From Spirochaetia bacterium (GTDB lineage: Bacteria > Spirochaetota > Spirochaetia > SZUA-6 > Bin103), in contig CBDBOV010000002.1 of NCBI GenBank assembly GCA_965208575.1, forward strand, positions 1 through 64,000: a stretch of 64,000 nt of DNA. The letters run 5' to 3'. Made by a program: the position numbers and the translations under genes. Shown here in pieces: positions 44,129-54,819 of the stretch (the stretch's first letter is position 1; each line of letters starts with the position of its first letter). Below the pieces are notes generated by a model. That model searched no databases. It saw only the letters and a program-made list of their open reading frames with translations, and was not told the DNA's origin.

Positions 44129-45891
44129 TGGCGGCGGACCGCGAGCCGATAGTCGGCATCGACCTTGGCACCACCAACTCGGAGGTGGCGATCATCGCCG
44201 GGGGAGCGCCGCGGATCGTCGGCGCCGACGACGCGATCCTGCCGTCGTGCGTCGGACTGGACGACTCCGGCGCGATCGTGGTCGGACACCAGGCGCGCAA
44301 CCAGTACGCGGTCGCCCCGGAGCGGACGGTTCGGTCGATCAAGCGGCTGATGGGTTCCGACACGCGCGTACGGATGGGAGCGGAGGCGTACACGCCGCCG
44401 GAGATATCGGCGTTCATCCTGAAGGCGCTCAGGGAGCGGGCCGCCGCGGAGCTCGGACGTCCGGTCCACAAGGCGGTGATCACCGTCCCCGCGTACTTCA
44501 CCGACGCGCAGCGGCAGGCAACCCGGGAGGCGGGCCGGATCGCGGGACTGGAGGTGGTGCGGATCATCAACGAACCCACGGCCGCCGCGCTCGCCTACCA
44601 CGCCGGCGACGCCGGGCAGCGCACGATCCTGGTATACGACCTCGGCGGCGGCACGTTCGACGTGTCGGTGGTGAAGATCGAGAGCGGCGTGGTCGAAGTG
44701 CTCGCTACCAGCGGCGACAATCACCTCGGCGGCGACGACTTCGACGCCATCGTCCTGGATCGCCTCAATGCCCACCTGGAAACGGACGCCGGGCTCGCCG
44801 GCGCGCGCGACGATCGCCTGCTGCAGGCGCGCCTGCGCCGGGCGGCGGAGCAGGCCAAGATCGAACTGTCCCGGCAGCCGTACGTGCTGGTCGAAGAAGA
44901 CCACGTCGCCACCGTGGACGGCGCCGTGCAGCACCTGTCATGGGAGTGGAGCCGCGCCGAGTTCGAGGGCGCCATCGAGGAGCTGCTGGCCGGCACCATG
45001 CGCGCGGTCACCACCGCACTCGACGACGCGGCGGTGCGCCCGAACGAGCTGGACCGCATTCTGCTGGTCGGCGGCTCGACCCGCGTTCCGCGCGTGTCCC
45101 AACTGCTGGCCGAGCGCCTGGGCCAGGAGGCGCACGGCGAAGTGAACCCGGAGCTGTGCGTGGCGCTGGGCGCCGGCGTGCAGGCGGGCATCGAAATGGG
45201 TCTGGACATGCCGGCGGTGCTGGTCGACATCACACCCTACACGTTCGGCACCAGCGTGCGGGGCGAACTCGACGGTCGTCCCTACGCGCACGAGTTCGTG
45301 CCGCTGATCCGGCGCAACGCGAAGCTGCCGGCCACCCACACCGGGGCGTTCTATACAGTGTACGAAGACCAGCGGGCCGCCGAGATCAAGGTGTACCAGG
45401 GGGAGCACCGCGACGCATTGCAGAACGTCGAGATCGGCACCTTCCTGTTCGAGGGGTTGAACCGGCAGCGCGGCGCCCGCGACCGCGGCCTGCTGTTCAC
45501 CTACCACCTGGACCTGGACGGCATCCTGAGCGTGCACGCCGTGGAGCGGGCGACCGGCCGCGAGATCCGCGGCGTGGTGGAGAACGCCCTGGACACCTCC
45601 ACCGAGGAAGCGGTCAGCGCCTCGCAGGAGCGGATCAGCGCCCGCTGGGGCGCGGAAGCGGCCCCGGGCGAAGCCGCCGCCTCGGGTCAGGAGGACGCGC
45701 CGGAACTCCCTGCCGAGATTGGCGACACGCTGCGCCGGGCAGAGGCCGCCCTGGCGACGGCACCCGACGAGGACAAGGAGGAGATCGTCGACCTGATGGA
45801 GGATCTGCGCGATGCCGTGAAGGCGGGCGACACGGAGCGGGCCGCCGGGGCCAGGCAAGAGCTGGACGAGATCCTGTTCTACCTGGAGTAG
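44128..45891 (+). CDS. Hsp70-family chaperone (non-housekeeping DnaK/HscC-like paralogue)
   Basis: [39 protein letters not shown], linker VLVDITP; 587 aa with short lid. Confidence 0.93.
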   Translation: MAADREPIVGIDLGTTNSEVAIIAGGAPRIVGADDAILPSCVGLDDSGAIVVGHQARNQYAVAPERTVRSIKRLMGSDTRVRMGAEAYTPPEISAFILKALRERAAAELGRPVHKAVITVPAYFTDAQRQATREAGRIAGLEVVRIINEPTAAALAYHAGDAGQRTILVYDLGGGTFDVSVVKIESGVVEVLATSGDNHLGGDDFDAIVLDRLNAHLETDAGLAGARDDRLLQARLRRAAEQAKIELSRQPYVLVEEDHVATVDGAVQHLSWEWSRAEFEGAIEELLAGTMRAVTTALDDAAVRPNELDRILLVGGSTRVPRVSQLLAERLGQEAHGEVNPELCVALGAGVQAGIEMGLDMPAVLVDITPYTFGTSVRGELDGRPYAHEFVPLIRRNAKLPATHTGAFYTVYEDQRAAEIKVYQGEHRDALQNVEIGTFLFEGLNRQRGARDRGLLFTYHLDLDGILSVHAVERATGREIRGVVENALDTSTEEAVSASQERISARWGAEAAPGEAAASGQEDAPELPAEIGDTLRRAEAALATAPDEDKEEIVDLMEDLRDAVKAGDTERAAGARQELDEILFYLE

Positions 45892-45896
45892 CCGCC

Positions 45897-46196
45897 GTGC
45901 GGCGATGCCCTACCTGCGGCGCCCGCCAGCGCGGCGGTCCCGAGTGCCACCGCTGCCGCACCGACCTGCGCCGGGTGCTGCGCGTCGAACGCTGCGCGGC
46001 CACCCTTCGGCAGCGGGCGCGCGCCGCCCTCGCCGCCGGCCGCACCGAGTCGGCGCGCGCCGCCGCCGAGCGCGCCTGCGCCCTGCACCGCGGTCCCGAG
46101 TCGCTCGCGGTGCGCGCCGTGGTCGCCCTGCAGGAGCGCGACTTCGCCCTGGCCGTGCGCCTCTGGCACGAACGCCGCACCCTTGCCCGCGACTGA
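45897..46196 (+). CDS. Zn-ribbon plus short TPR-like protein
   Basis: GTG start 5 nt after the Hsp70 stop; CPTC-X9-CHRC, then helical segment. Confidence 0.75.
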   Translation: MRRCPTCGARQRGGPECHRCRTDLRRVLRVERCAATLRQRARAALAAGRTESARAAAERACALHRGPESLAVRAVVALQERDFALAVRLWHERRTLARD

Positions 46197-46336
46197 CACC
46201 TCGACCTATCCGGCCGGCCGGTCACCCCGGTAGCGCGGGGGCGCGCAGACTCGGCCGGCCTGCGTCTCACTTGTCCTGTACCTGCTGCGGATAATCGCGT
46301 AATTTCGTCGGGGTCACGAGCCGCGGAGATGAGCCG

Positions 46337-46636
46337 ATGAAGATTCCTATTCTGATAGAGGTCACCGAGGACCATCGATTCCGTGCCACGGGTGGTGAAC
46401 CGTTCGCCGCCGCCGTGGAAGCCGACACGGCGGAAGCCGCATTGGACAAGATGAGGCGGGGGATACTCGAACGGATGGCGCAAGGGGGCCGCCTAGCAGC
46501 ACTCGACCTGCCCGGCGGCGCCAATCCGTGGCAGCAGGTATACGGCATGTTCCAGGACGACCCGCTCTTCGACGAGTGGCAGCAGGCAATCCGCGACAAC
46601 AGACGTATCGTCGACGATAGCGAACAAGGAGCTTGA
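46337..46636 (+). CDS. Putative antitoxin (HicB-like N-terminus)
   Basis: Small acidic ORF (EADTAEAAL..MR; GMFQDDPLFDEW) overlapping the start of a PIN gene. Confidence 0.65.
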   Translation: MKIPILIEVTEDHRFRATGGEPFAAAVEADTAEAALDKMRRGILERMAQGGRLAALDLPGGANPWQQVYGMFQDDPLFDEWQQAIRDNRRIVDDSEQGA

Positions 46637-46838
46637 CCTCGTACGTACTCGACACGGACACGCTGTCGTTGCTGCAACGTGGCAATGCCGCCGTGGGAGC
46701 ACGGTTCAGCCAATACGACGCCGATGAAGTGGCGACGACCATCGTAAGCGTGGAAGTACAGCTCTCGGGTTGGTATACGCTACTGAGGCGTGCCAAGACC
46801 GCGGCGGAGCTTGTCCCCGTGTACCAGCGCATGTCCGC
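46633..46838 (+). pseudogene. Truncated PIN/VapC toxin
   Basis: YVLDTDTLS...TTIVSVEVQLSGW; PIN-like sequence stops at about 46838, where it runs into unrelated oxygenase sequence. Confidence 0.75.
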
Positions 46839-48965
46839 GCCTGCCGGCAGATCGACGCGGCCCGTCTGCGCGTGGCCGGCGGCGCATGGCGCGACACCCT
46901 GCAGCAGGTGGTCGTCCGCGCCGCCGCCGGACTCGGCTGCGCACCCGAGCGCACCCGCGCGCATCTGTACAAGCTACTGATCTACGAGCGAGGCGGGTTC
47001 TTCGCCGCCCACCGGGACACCGAGAAGGAGGACGGAATGGTCGCCACCCTGGTGCTGTCGTTGCCGGTGGCGGGCGCCGGAGGCGAACTGATCATCCGCC
47101 ATCAGCAGCGCGAGACGGTCGTCGATCTGCGCGCCGAGGAGCCCTCCGAGATCGCTTTCGCCGCCTTCTACGCGGACTGCGTGCACGAGGTCCGGCCGGT
47201 CACCGCCGGCCACCGAATCGTCCTGGTCTACAATCTGACGCTGCAGGACAGCGGTCCGTCGTTGCCGACCGCCCCCGACTTCGGCTCCCAGGAGGAGCAG
47301 ATCAGCGCGCTCCTCGCACACTGGGAAGCGGCCGCCGCCGCCGGCGACAAGCTGGTGTGGCTGCTGGAGCACGACTACAGCGAGGCGGGCCTGTCGTTCG
47401 ATGGGCTGAAGAACACCGACGCCGCGGTGGGCGGCGTGCTGGCGCGAGCGGCGCGGCGGGTGCAGCATGCGCTGTTTGCGGCGATCCTGCGTATCGAGGA
47501 GTTCGGCTACGCGGACGAGTCAGGCGGCTTTCCCGACTGGCGTGATGATGACGACGATTGGGAGATGGAGGAGGTGTTCTCTTCCACCCAGGCGCTGGAC
47601 GGCTGGGTCGCCCCCGACGGGACCCGGCCCGGCCACGGCGAGCTTCCACTGCTGCCGGGAGAACTGCTGCCGGAGGGGGCGCTGGAAGGCGCGCCGCCGG
47701 ATGATCAGCAAGCGACCGTGACCGGCAACGAAGGCGTCGAGCTGTCGCGCTCCTATCGGCGCGCGGCACTGGTGCTGTGGCCCGCGGCGCGCACCGTGGC
47801 GACGCTTGTGCGCGGCGGCATCGACGGCGCGGTCACCTACGTCGCCGAGGAGCTTGAGTTCGCCGAGCCCGAGGCGCGCCCGGGCCGGCGCCTGCTCGGC
47901 TTGGCCGCGCAGTTGATCGACGCTTGGCCCGCACCCGGGCGGGGAGGGGCGCGCAACGCCTGCCGGGCCGCGCTGCGCCTGCTGCGCCAACTGGGCGATG
48001 ACGCCACCACCCTGCGCTTCCTGCGCGAAGTCGCCACGCCGCACTACGGGAACGGCGACAACGACGAACTGCTGGCGACGGCGGCATCCGCCGAACCGGC
48101 TACGCTGCATGCCTGGCTGCCGGAGTTCGTAGCGACCAATGTCCCGCGCCAGCCGGAGGCCGCACTCGACCTGTTGTGGCGCCTGTGCGGGCGCGAGCAG
48201 TCGCCGGCCGGCGGGGAGGCGCCACGGCGCTCCCCACTGGAAGCCGCGGCGCGTGCCGCCTGCGCCGCGTTCCCGGCGGCGGTGGCCTCCGCTACGGCGG
48301 CCGAGCCGCCGGCCCGGCGCGGCACGGCCCGACCGCTGAGCGCGCAGGCCATCCGCTCCCTGCTGTTGGTCACTTGGCGCTTCGGGCTGGCCGCGGAGGC
48401 GGAGGCGGCCGCCCGGCTGCTCGTGGAGCACCCGGCGGCGGCGACCCCGCAGCGGGCGCTGCCAACGGCGTTGGCGGAGACGGCGGAGGTCTGCGGCATG
48501 GCCGGCGGCGCCGCAGCGCCCGCCGGGTTCGCCGTGCTGTGGCGGCATGCCGCGTCGAGCCTGCTGGCGCGCAGCGCGCAGCCGCCGGAGGAACCCGCCG
48601 ACTGGGTGATGGCAGCCAGAATCCCATGCAGTTGTCCGCATTGCCGGCGCCTGCAAGCGTTCTGCGACGATCCGACGGCTGTCACGTTGCGGCTTCCGTT
48701 GCGCAAGGAGTTGCGCCGCCACGTCCATGGCGTCATCGACGGCCTCGGGCTCGACATCCGCCACCAGACCGAGCGCACGGGCAGGCCGTACACGCTGGTG
48801 TGCACCAAGACCCGCGGCGCCTGGCAGCGGCGGTGCGCCCAGTATGCCGACGACATTGCCCACCTGCGGCTGCTGGCCGTGGCCGCGCCCTCCGGCGGCT
48901 GCGCCGGCGACCTGCGCGAAGTTCGCGCGGCGCTCACCCGCGCGGCCGCCGCGCTCGCGTCATGA
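46839..48965 (+). pseudogene. 2OG-Fe(II) oxygenase-domain protein, 5'-truncated
   Basis: LYKLLIYERGGFFAAHRDTEK, DCVHEVRPVTAGHR; C-terminal CSCPHC; long open frame but no native start. Confidence 0.75.
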
Positions 48966-49022
48966 CGGAGGCGAGTCCGGCGCGTGGCCAACAACCTCAG
49001 TTAAGAGGAGGAGGCCAACGTC

Positions 49023-50114
49023 GTGATTGGTAGCAGGCTCAAGCTGGCTCGGTCTGCTGCCGGTCTGTCCCTTCGCGAACTGGAGGGGCGAATCGGCAGC
49101 CGGGTCACGGCACAGGCGATCGGCAAGTACGAACGCAACGAGTCGATGCCGGGGTCCGGCGTGCTCATCGCGTTGGCGAAGGCCCTGGGAGTTTCCGTCG
49201 AGTATCTGACCAGTGAGCAGGATTTGACGCTTGAGGCCGTCGAGTTCCGTAAGAAATCAATCGCGCGCAAGCGTGAGGAAATCATCGTACAAGCGAGAGT
49301 TATAGATCTCTTGGAGAGATACGTCTCGGTTGAGCAACTGCTGTCCATGCCAAGCGTGGAGTGGGACAAGCCGCGTGAAGCGCCCTATCCGGTGGATGGC
49401 GATCTGTCCGAAGTGGAGCAAGCGGCCATCAGCTTACGGACACACTGGGATCTCGGACGCAAGCCGATCCTCAGCATGGTCGAGCTCTTGGAAGAGTGTG
49501 GAGTCAAGATCCTCGCTTTGGAGTTGAGCGACATTGGCGGGTTGACCGCATATGCGCGGCGCGGTGGCAAGAATGCCGATGCCGTCATAGTTGTAAACCA
49601 CAAGGAATCGGGGGAACGGCAGAGATTCACGCTCTCGCACGAGCTGGGCCACTTGGTCCTTACGGTTGACGACAAGGTAAATTCGGAGAAGGCGGCTCAC
49701 CGGTTTGCGGGTGCGTTCCTCATGCCGGCCGATGCCGTGCGCACGGAGGTCGGCAGACGCCGCACGTCCATCGGCTGGAGCGAGCTGTTCAACTTGAAGC
49801 CGGTGTTCGGGGTGAGCGTGCAGGCAATCGTGTACCGGTGCCGGGATCTCGGAATCATCAACGATGCCCTCTACACGCGGTTGTTCCGGGATATGTCCAG
49901 GTTTGGCTGGCGCAGCCGCCCATACCGAGAGCCCCAGCCGATCAAGGCGGAGCGGCCCTCGCGGTTCGAGCGCCTCTGCTCTCGCGCCCTGGCGGAGAAC
50001 GTGATCTCCGAAGCCAAGGCGGTAGAGTTGCTCGGTGTCTCGGTTGGTGATCTCCGCGAACAGATGGAGAAGCCCCCGACAAGTGAATCGATATTGGACG
50101 GTAGTGCTGGATGA
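49023..50114 (+). CDS. XRE HTH fused to ImmA/IrrE Zn-metallopeptidase
   Basis: RLKLARSAAGLSLREL...AIGKYE; RQRFTLSHELGH, EKAAHRFAGAFLMP; strong AGGAGG RBS. Confidence 0.93.
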   Translation: MIGSRLKLARSAAGLSLRELEGRIGSRVTAQAIGKYERNESMPGSGVLIALAKALGVSVEYLTSEQDLTLEAVEFRKKSIARKREEIIVQARVIDLLERYVSVEQLLSMPSVEWDKPREAPYPVDGDLSEVEQAAISLRTHWDLGRKPILSMVELLEECGVKILALELSDIGGLTAYARRGGKNADAVIVVNHKESGERQRFTLSHELGHLVLTVDDKVNSEKAAHRFAGAFLMPADAVRTEVGRRRTSIGWSELFNLKPVFGVSVQAIVYRCRDLGIINDALYTRLFRDMSRFGWRSRPYREPQPIKAERPSRFERLCSRALAENVISEAKAVELLGVSVGDLREQMEKPPTSESILDGSAG

Positions 50115-50192
50115 CCCCCGTGACCGTCCCGTGTTGTATTTCGAAGTGCTTGGCTCGGCGGGCGGCTGGGAGCTGCGGGGGGCAACCAACTA

Positions 50193-50746
50193 ATGACAAT
50201 GCCCGGTCAGAGTCACATCGACCAAGTGCGCGACGCTCTTCGGCGCTGGCCCATAGGCGGCGCATCGGTCAGGAACCTGCGCGGTATCCGGGATTTGCGG
50301 GTGCCCTTCGACTATCCCGTCTGCGTTCTGGCCGGTCCCAACGGTTGCGGCAAATCGACGGTCCTGTTCGCATGTGCGTGCGCCTACCGCGTTCCGGGCC
50401 GCGGACCACGAGAGTTCGTCCCGAGTTTGCTGTTCCCGAATTTCGTGAGTCTTCAGCAGCCGGAGTTCTCGGACTCTGCCGCGCGCACCGAGATCGAGTT
50501 CCACTATCTGCACCACGGCGATCGGCTTTCCATGCTGTGGCGGCGTGGCAAGTCATGGGGGCGGAGCTACCTGGGCCGCACGGGTGTCGCGAGGCGAAAC
50601 CTGCCGTGGGGTCACTGGCGTCCGATCTCAATCGGACGGTTCCCGATGTGGCCCGGATCGTCGGCCAGCGGGAAGCCGAGGCGAACGCCATGCCCGAGTT
50701 GACCGGCGCGCTGGCCGAACAGATCAACGCCTGGAGTCGACTGTGA
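50193..50746 (+). pseudogene. ABC/OLD-like ATPase with large internal deletion
   Basis: VRNLRGI and Walker A GPNGCGKS; after about 50590 a C-terminal-like segment continues in another frame to TGA 50746. Confidence 0.7.
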
Positions 50747-51412
50747 CCGAGCAGCAACCCAATTCACCGAGGGACCAGCCCGCAGGCTCGGAGTGGAGCT
50801 GGCCCGGGGCGCGCTGGTGGCGCGTCGACCTCCATGCCCACTCCCCGGCGTCCCACGACTTCGGCAGCGAAGCCGACCGGGGCGATCCGGACTGGGTGGC
50901 CTGGATTACCGCTGCCCGTGACGCGGGTCTGGATGCCGTCGCTATTACCGATCACAACACGGCAGCGGGGGTAGGACCTCTCCAGGACGCGGCCTCGCGA
51001 GTGGAGAATAGTCCGGTTCTCTTTCCCGGTGTGGAAGTTACGGCCAGCGATGGCGTTCATCTGATAGTGTTGTTCGACCCGACTTGTAGCGACCAGTACA
51101 TTGAGGACTTTCTTTCCCGAGTGAAGATCCCGGTAGACAAGCGCGGCGATGACACTGCTCGATCATCGTTCAGCGTTGAACAGATTCTCGACGAGTGCCC
51201 CGATGACGCACTCATCGTCGGCCCGCACGTCAACCAGCCACGTGGACTGCTCGACCTCTCCGGGCAGGAACGGCGCGCGGTGTTGCGTCATGCGAGCCTC
51301 GCCGCGGTCGAGGTTGTCCCCGACTACCCTGTCGACGAGTCCTGGATCGACGGCAGCAGGTCGGAGATCGGGCGCAGGCTCCCGAGGCTATGGAGCTCGG
51401 ACAGCCACGCTC
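50743..51412 (+). pseudogene. PHP-domain/ATPase (TrlF-like) 5' part, interrupted by IS110
   Basis: DLHAHSPAS, AITDHN, PGVEVT, HLIVLF, SDSH. Confidence 0.85.
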
Positions 51413-52420
51413 CTGAGAAACAACAATCAGGCGGCCTCCGGGACAAGCTCATAACCGAGTGCGTGTGCCTGCCTTCGGAGCCGGCGTTCAAAGCGGCGCC
51501 GGTCCTGGCGCTCCTCGGCGGCGAGGAATCGTAGGCCACGCGATGCGTGATCAGATGGTAGATGATCCGAGCCAGTTTATGCGCGACTGCAGTGGTCGCT
51601 TCGGGAGTACCCAGACGCGCCCGCATGCGGCGGAAGTGCTGGCCCAGGGCCGATGGGCTGCGGTACAACGACTGGGTCGCCCAGTGCAGCGCCTCGATTG
51701 GTGCCCCGACCGGATAGTGTTGTTCGACCCGACTTGTAGCGACCAGTACATTGAGGACTTTCTTTCCCGAGTCCGCATCGATTCCCTCATCCGGTGGGTC
51801 GTCGACCGCGCCGGGTGAGATCCCGGTAGACAAGCGCGGCGATGACACTGCTCGATCATCGTTCAGCGTTGAACAGATTCTCGACGAGTGCCCCGATGAC
51901 GCACTCATCGTCGGCCCGCACGTCAACCAGCCACGTGGACTGCTCGACCTCTCCGGCCGTGGCAGGAACGGCGCGCGGTGTTGCGTCATGCGAGCCTCGC
52001 CGCGGTCGAGGTTGTCCCCGACTACCCTGTCGACGAGTCCTGGATCGACGGCAGCAGGTCGGAGATCGGGCGCAGGCTCCCGAGGCTATGGAGCTCGGAC
52101 AGCCACGCTCCTGAGAAACAACAATCAGGCGGCCTCCGGGACAAGCTCATAACCGAGTGCGTGTGCCTGCCTTCGGAGCCGGCGTTCAAAGCGGCGCCGG
52201 TCCTGGCGCTCCTCGGCGGCGAGGATGCTGTCATCGTAGGCCACGCGATGCGTGATCAGATGGTAGATGATCCGAGCCAGTTTATGCGCGACTGCAGTGG
52301 TCGCTTCGGGAGTACCCAGACGCGCCCGCATGCGGCGGAAGTGCTGGCCCAGGGCCGATGGGCTGCGGTACAACGACTGGGTCGCCCAGTGCAGCGCCTG
52401 GGCGGCCCGATTGGTGCCCC
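51063..52420. repeat. Imperfect tandem duplication (about 650-700 bp) of the PHP gene / IS110 junction, probably an assembly artefact
   Basis: 51063-51712 recurs from 51713 with small indels and a roughly 46-bp stray piece of IS110 sequence near 51772-51817. Confidence 0.85.
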
Positions 52421-53513
52421 GACCGGTGTGCGAGCTGATGATCTTGCCGCCGGTGATCTGGTTGTGGGGGCACAGGTGCAGCCAGGAGGCGAATTGCGGT
52501 GCGGTCGGAAAGCGGGACAGTTCCGGGCCGAGTTCGGTGAACAGAACCAGCGCCGTACTTTCGCCGATGCCGGGAATCAGCGTCAGGTCAGTGCCGAACA
52601 GGTGCGTAAGGTGGCCGCGCAGGTCGAACCGCTTGGCCGGTGACTCGGTTGGCGCCTCGGGCTCCGCATCGATTCCCTCATCCGGTGGGTCGTCGCCCAC
52701 CGCGCCGGGTGGCTCGCTGCTGGCTTCGAACGCGCGGATGCCGGCTTCGATTTCCTGATCGCACTCCGTGATGAGTTGTTGGTAGTGGGCATAGGTCGCT
52801 CGCGCGTGCCGCAACGCCAACAGGTGCTCGGCGCGCCAGTCGCCCTGCAGCGCCTTGATCAAGGTCTCGCGGCTGGCTTTGATCCGCCGGTCGGCCAGAG
52901 CGGCCAACCGCGCCGGATCCCGCTCACCCGCCAGGATAGCGTCCGTAATGGCCAGACCGGTCGTCCCCGTCAGGTCAGAGATGGCATGGTGCAGATGCAC
53001 GTTCATCTGGCTGTACGCCTTCTGCATGTGCAACACGCTGCGCGACGCCATCTTGATCAAGGTGTCGCGATGGCGCAGCACCGAGCGCAGTGCACACACC
53101 TCGTCGGCAGGGCGGAATGAGCCGCGCAGCAATCCCACCGAGTGCAGGTAGCGCAACCACTCGCAGTCGGCCACGTCGGACTTCCGACCGGGTACCGAGT
53201 GCACGTGACGCGCATTCACCAGCACCACGTCGAAGCCGTGTGCCTCCAGGATCTGATACACCGGAATCCAGTACACACCGGTGGACTCCATCGCCACCGT
53301 GGTGACCTCGCATTCCTTGAGCCAGTCGGCCAAGGCGTGCAGGTCCGCGGTGAACGTAGCAAAGTTCCGGATCGGGTCCGGGTCGCGCTCCGGGCGCACA
53401 GCCGCGTACACCTCGGTAGCGCCTATGTCCAAGCCGGCAGCGTCCGGGTGCATCACCTTTGGTTGCGCTGTGCGACTGCCCTTGCCCTTGCGTCTGTGTC
53501 TGCGTCGTGCCAT
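52125..53513 (-). CDS. IS110 DEDD recombinase/transposase
   Basis: GLDIG, MESTGVYW, KSDVADC, IPGIG; GGAGG RBS before ATG 53513. Confidence 0.95.
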   Translation of the reverse strand: MARRRHRRKGKGSRTAQPKVMHPDAAGLDIGATEVYAAVRPERDPDPIRNFATFTADLHALADWLKECEVTTVAMESTGVYWIPVYQILEAHGFDVVLVNARHVHSVPGRKSDVADCEWLRYLHSVGLLRGSFRPADEVCALRSVLRHRDTLIKMASRSVLHMQKAYSQMNVHLHHAISDLTGTTGLAITDAILAGERDPARLAALADRRIKASRETLIKALQGDWRAEHLLALRHARATYAHYQQLITECDQEIEAGIRAFEASSEPPGAVGDDPPDEGIDAEPEAPTESPAKRFDLRGHLTHLFGTDLTLIPGIGESTALVLFTELGPELSRFPTAPQFASWLHLCPHNQITGGKIISSHTGRGTNRAAQALHWATQSLYRSPSALGQHFRRMRARLGTPEATTAVAHKLARIIYHLITHRVAYDDSILAAEERQDRRRFERRLRRQAHALGYELVPEAA

Positions 53514-53519
53514 GAAACC

Positions 53520-53779
53520 TCCGCTACGACTGAGTGGTGCGGCCAAGGCGTGTGTAGCAGGTATTCTCCTGAACGGGATGATCGCCACCCGGCCGCGCCG
53601 GCTGACAACCTCACCAATGACTACGCCACCCGCCCCGGGGCCAAGCTCTTGAACGGGTTCGCAGAACGTAACGCCAGTGACGCGCCGGCCTACTTTCGCG
53701 CTCCACCCAGAACTCTGCCCACACTATAGCTCACCCTTGTTTCTTTCATGACTGCGCCGGCCCAGGGGCCGGTGGGATA
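53520..53779 (-). ncRNA. Putative IS110 bridge RNA in the non-coding end (boundaries approximate)
   Basis: About 265-bp non-coding end containing an 8-nt match to the target flank (53645-53652) and a 7-nt match to the element's other end (53566-53572). Confidence 0.65.
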
Positions 53780-53783
53780 GCTC

Positions 53784-54028
53784 TTGATCAGGTCGGCCGA
53801 CGATTCACGTGGATCAAGATGACCAGACCGGATGCCGGTGGTCTGCGCCTGGCGCTTCTCGACGGGGACGGTTCGGTACGGCCGACGGCGGCCGGTGATG
53901 CGGTCCACCCAAATTCTCATGCTGCATCGGCAATTGAGAGCATCCGCATCCACAAGGCCAAGTACCTGGGGCGCTCGGAGCCGCTGACCGTCCCGTTCAA
54001 CCCGTGGTTCAACACGATCATCGGCGGA
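53784..54028 (+). pseudogene. PHP/ATPase (TrlF-like) continuation, truncated at Walker A
   Basis: FTWIKMTRPDAGGLRLALLD...FNPWFNTIIGG, then an abrupt switch to other sequence. Confidence 0.8.
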
Positions 54029-54672
54029 TCGTGGGGAGCGATCCCGACGGTGTCACGCGCCTGACGTTGGCGGGCACTCTTCTGTGCACGTCGAGGCCGC
54101 AGGAGTGGTTGCCCCATGCTCAGATTCAGGCGGTGAGCTATGCAGGCGAGCGCCACGACGTAAACTACCAGACGGACGCGCGTGACATGGATGGCCCGCT
54201 GGACGTACAGATTGGGGACGCCTTGCACTTCGTGCGACGGAACATGCTCGTGCGCGCCACGAAAGTTACCGCCCGGGTGGAGCGGCCGCAATTCAGCGAG
54301 CGCGCGGTGTTCGAGGCGCTGGTGAACGCCGTGGCCCACCGAGACTACTCGATGGCAGGTGCTCGCGTTCGACTGCACCTGTTTGCCGATCGACTGGAGC
54401 TGTACGTGCCCGGAGATCTGGTCAATACGCTTACGATCGACAGCCTGCATCTGCGCCAGGCCAACCGTAATGAATTGATCGTGTCGCTGCTCGGACGCTG
54501 TCCTGCACCGGGCGGTCTCGGCCGCTCCCATCTCATGGACCGACGCGGGGACGGCGTTCCGATCATTCGGCGGGAGTGTCGAGAGTTGTCGGGCCGGCTT
54601 CCGGAATACGAACTGATCGATGACAGCGAGCTGCGCCTCATCATCCGCGCGGCGAATCCGGTTGAGCAGTAA
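54029..54672 (+). pseudogene. C-terminal fragment of AlbA/RecG-C (HATPase_c_4-type) ATP-binding protein
   Basis: TLAGTLL, EALVNAVAHRDYS, FADRLE...PG, RNELI, MDRRGDGV. Confidence 0.8.
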
Positions 54673-54819
54673 CGACGACGAGCGAACACTTGGTGTCCGG
54701 AGCTTCGATGTCGCGCCGGCACCTCCATCTTCCGACCTGCCGGCGGGACAGGGTGTCGTAGTATATTCGCCGGGCGAAGTCACGGTGGCTATGGGCATGA
54801 TCATGAAGAAGGGAACCAC

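Larger units (their letters stand above)
52107..53783 (-). mobile_element. IS110-family element
   Basis: GCTC core on both sides (52107-52110, 53780-53783); removing the element restores ...SDSH-A-LDQVGRRFTWIKM in frame; no TIRs. Confidence 0.9.

Noticed and set aside
44128-45891. Housekeeping dnaK locus
   Set aside because: Short, divergent C-terminus, atypical partners, and no canonical dnaJ or hrcA, so no gene symbol was given.
53514-53588. Longer IS110 N-terminus MAIIPF..., resembling the start of the other transposase
   Set aside because: Likely coincidence; a GGAGG RBS supports ATG 53513, and this segment holds the donor-matching motif.
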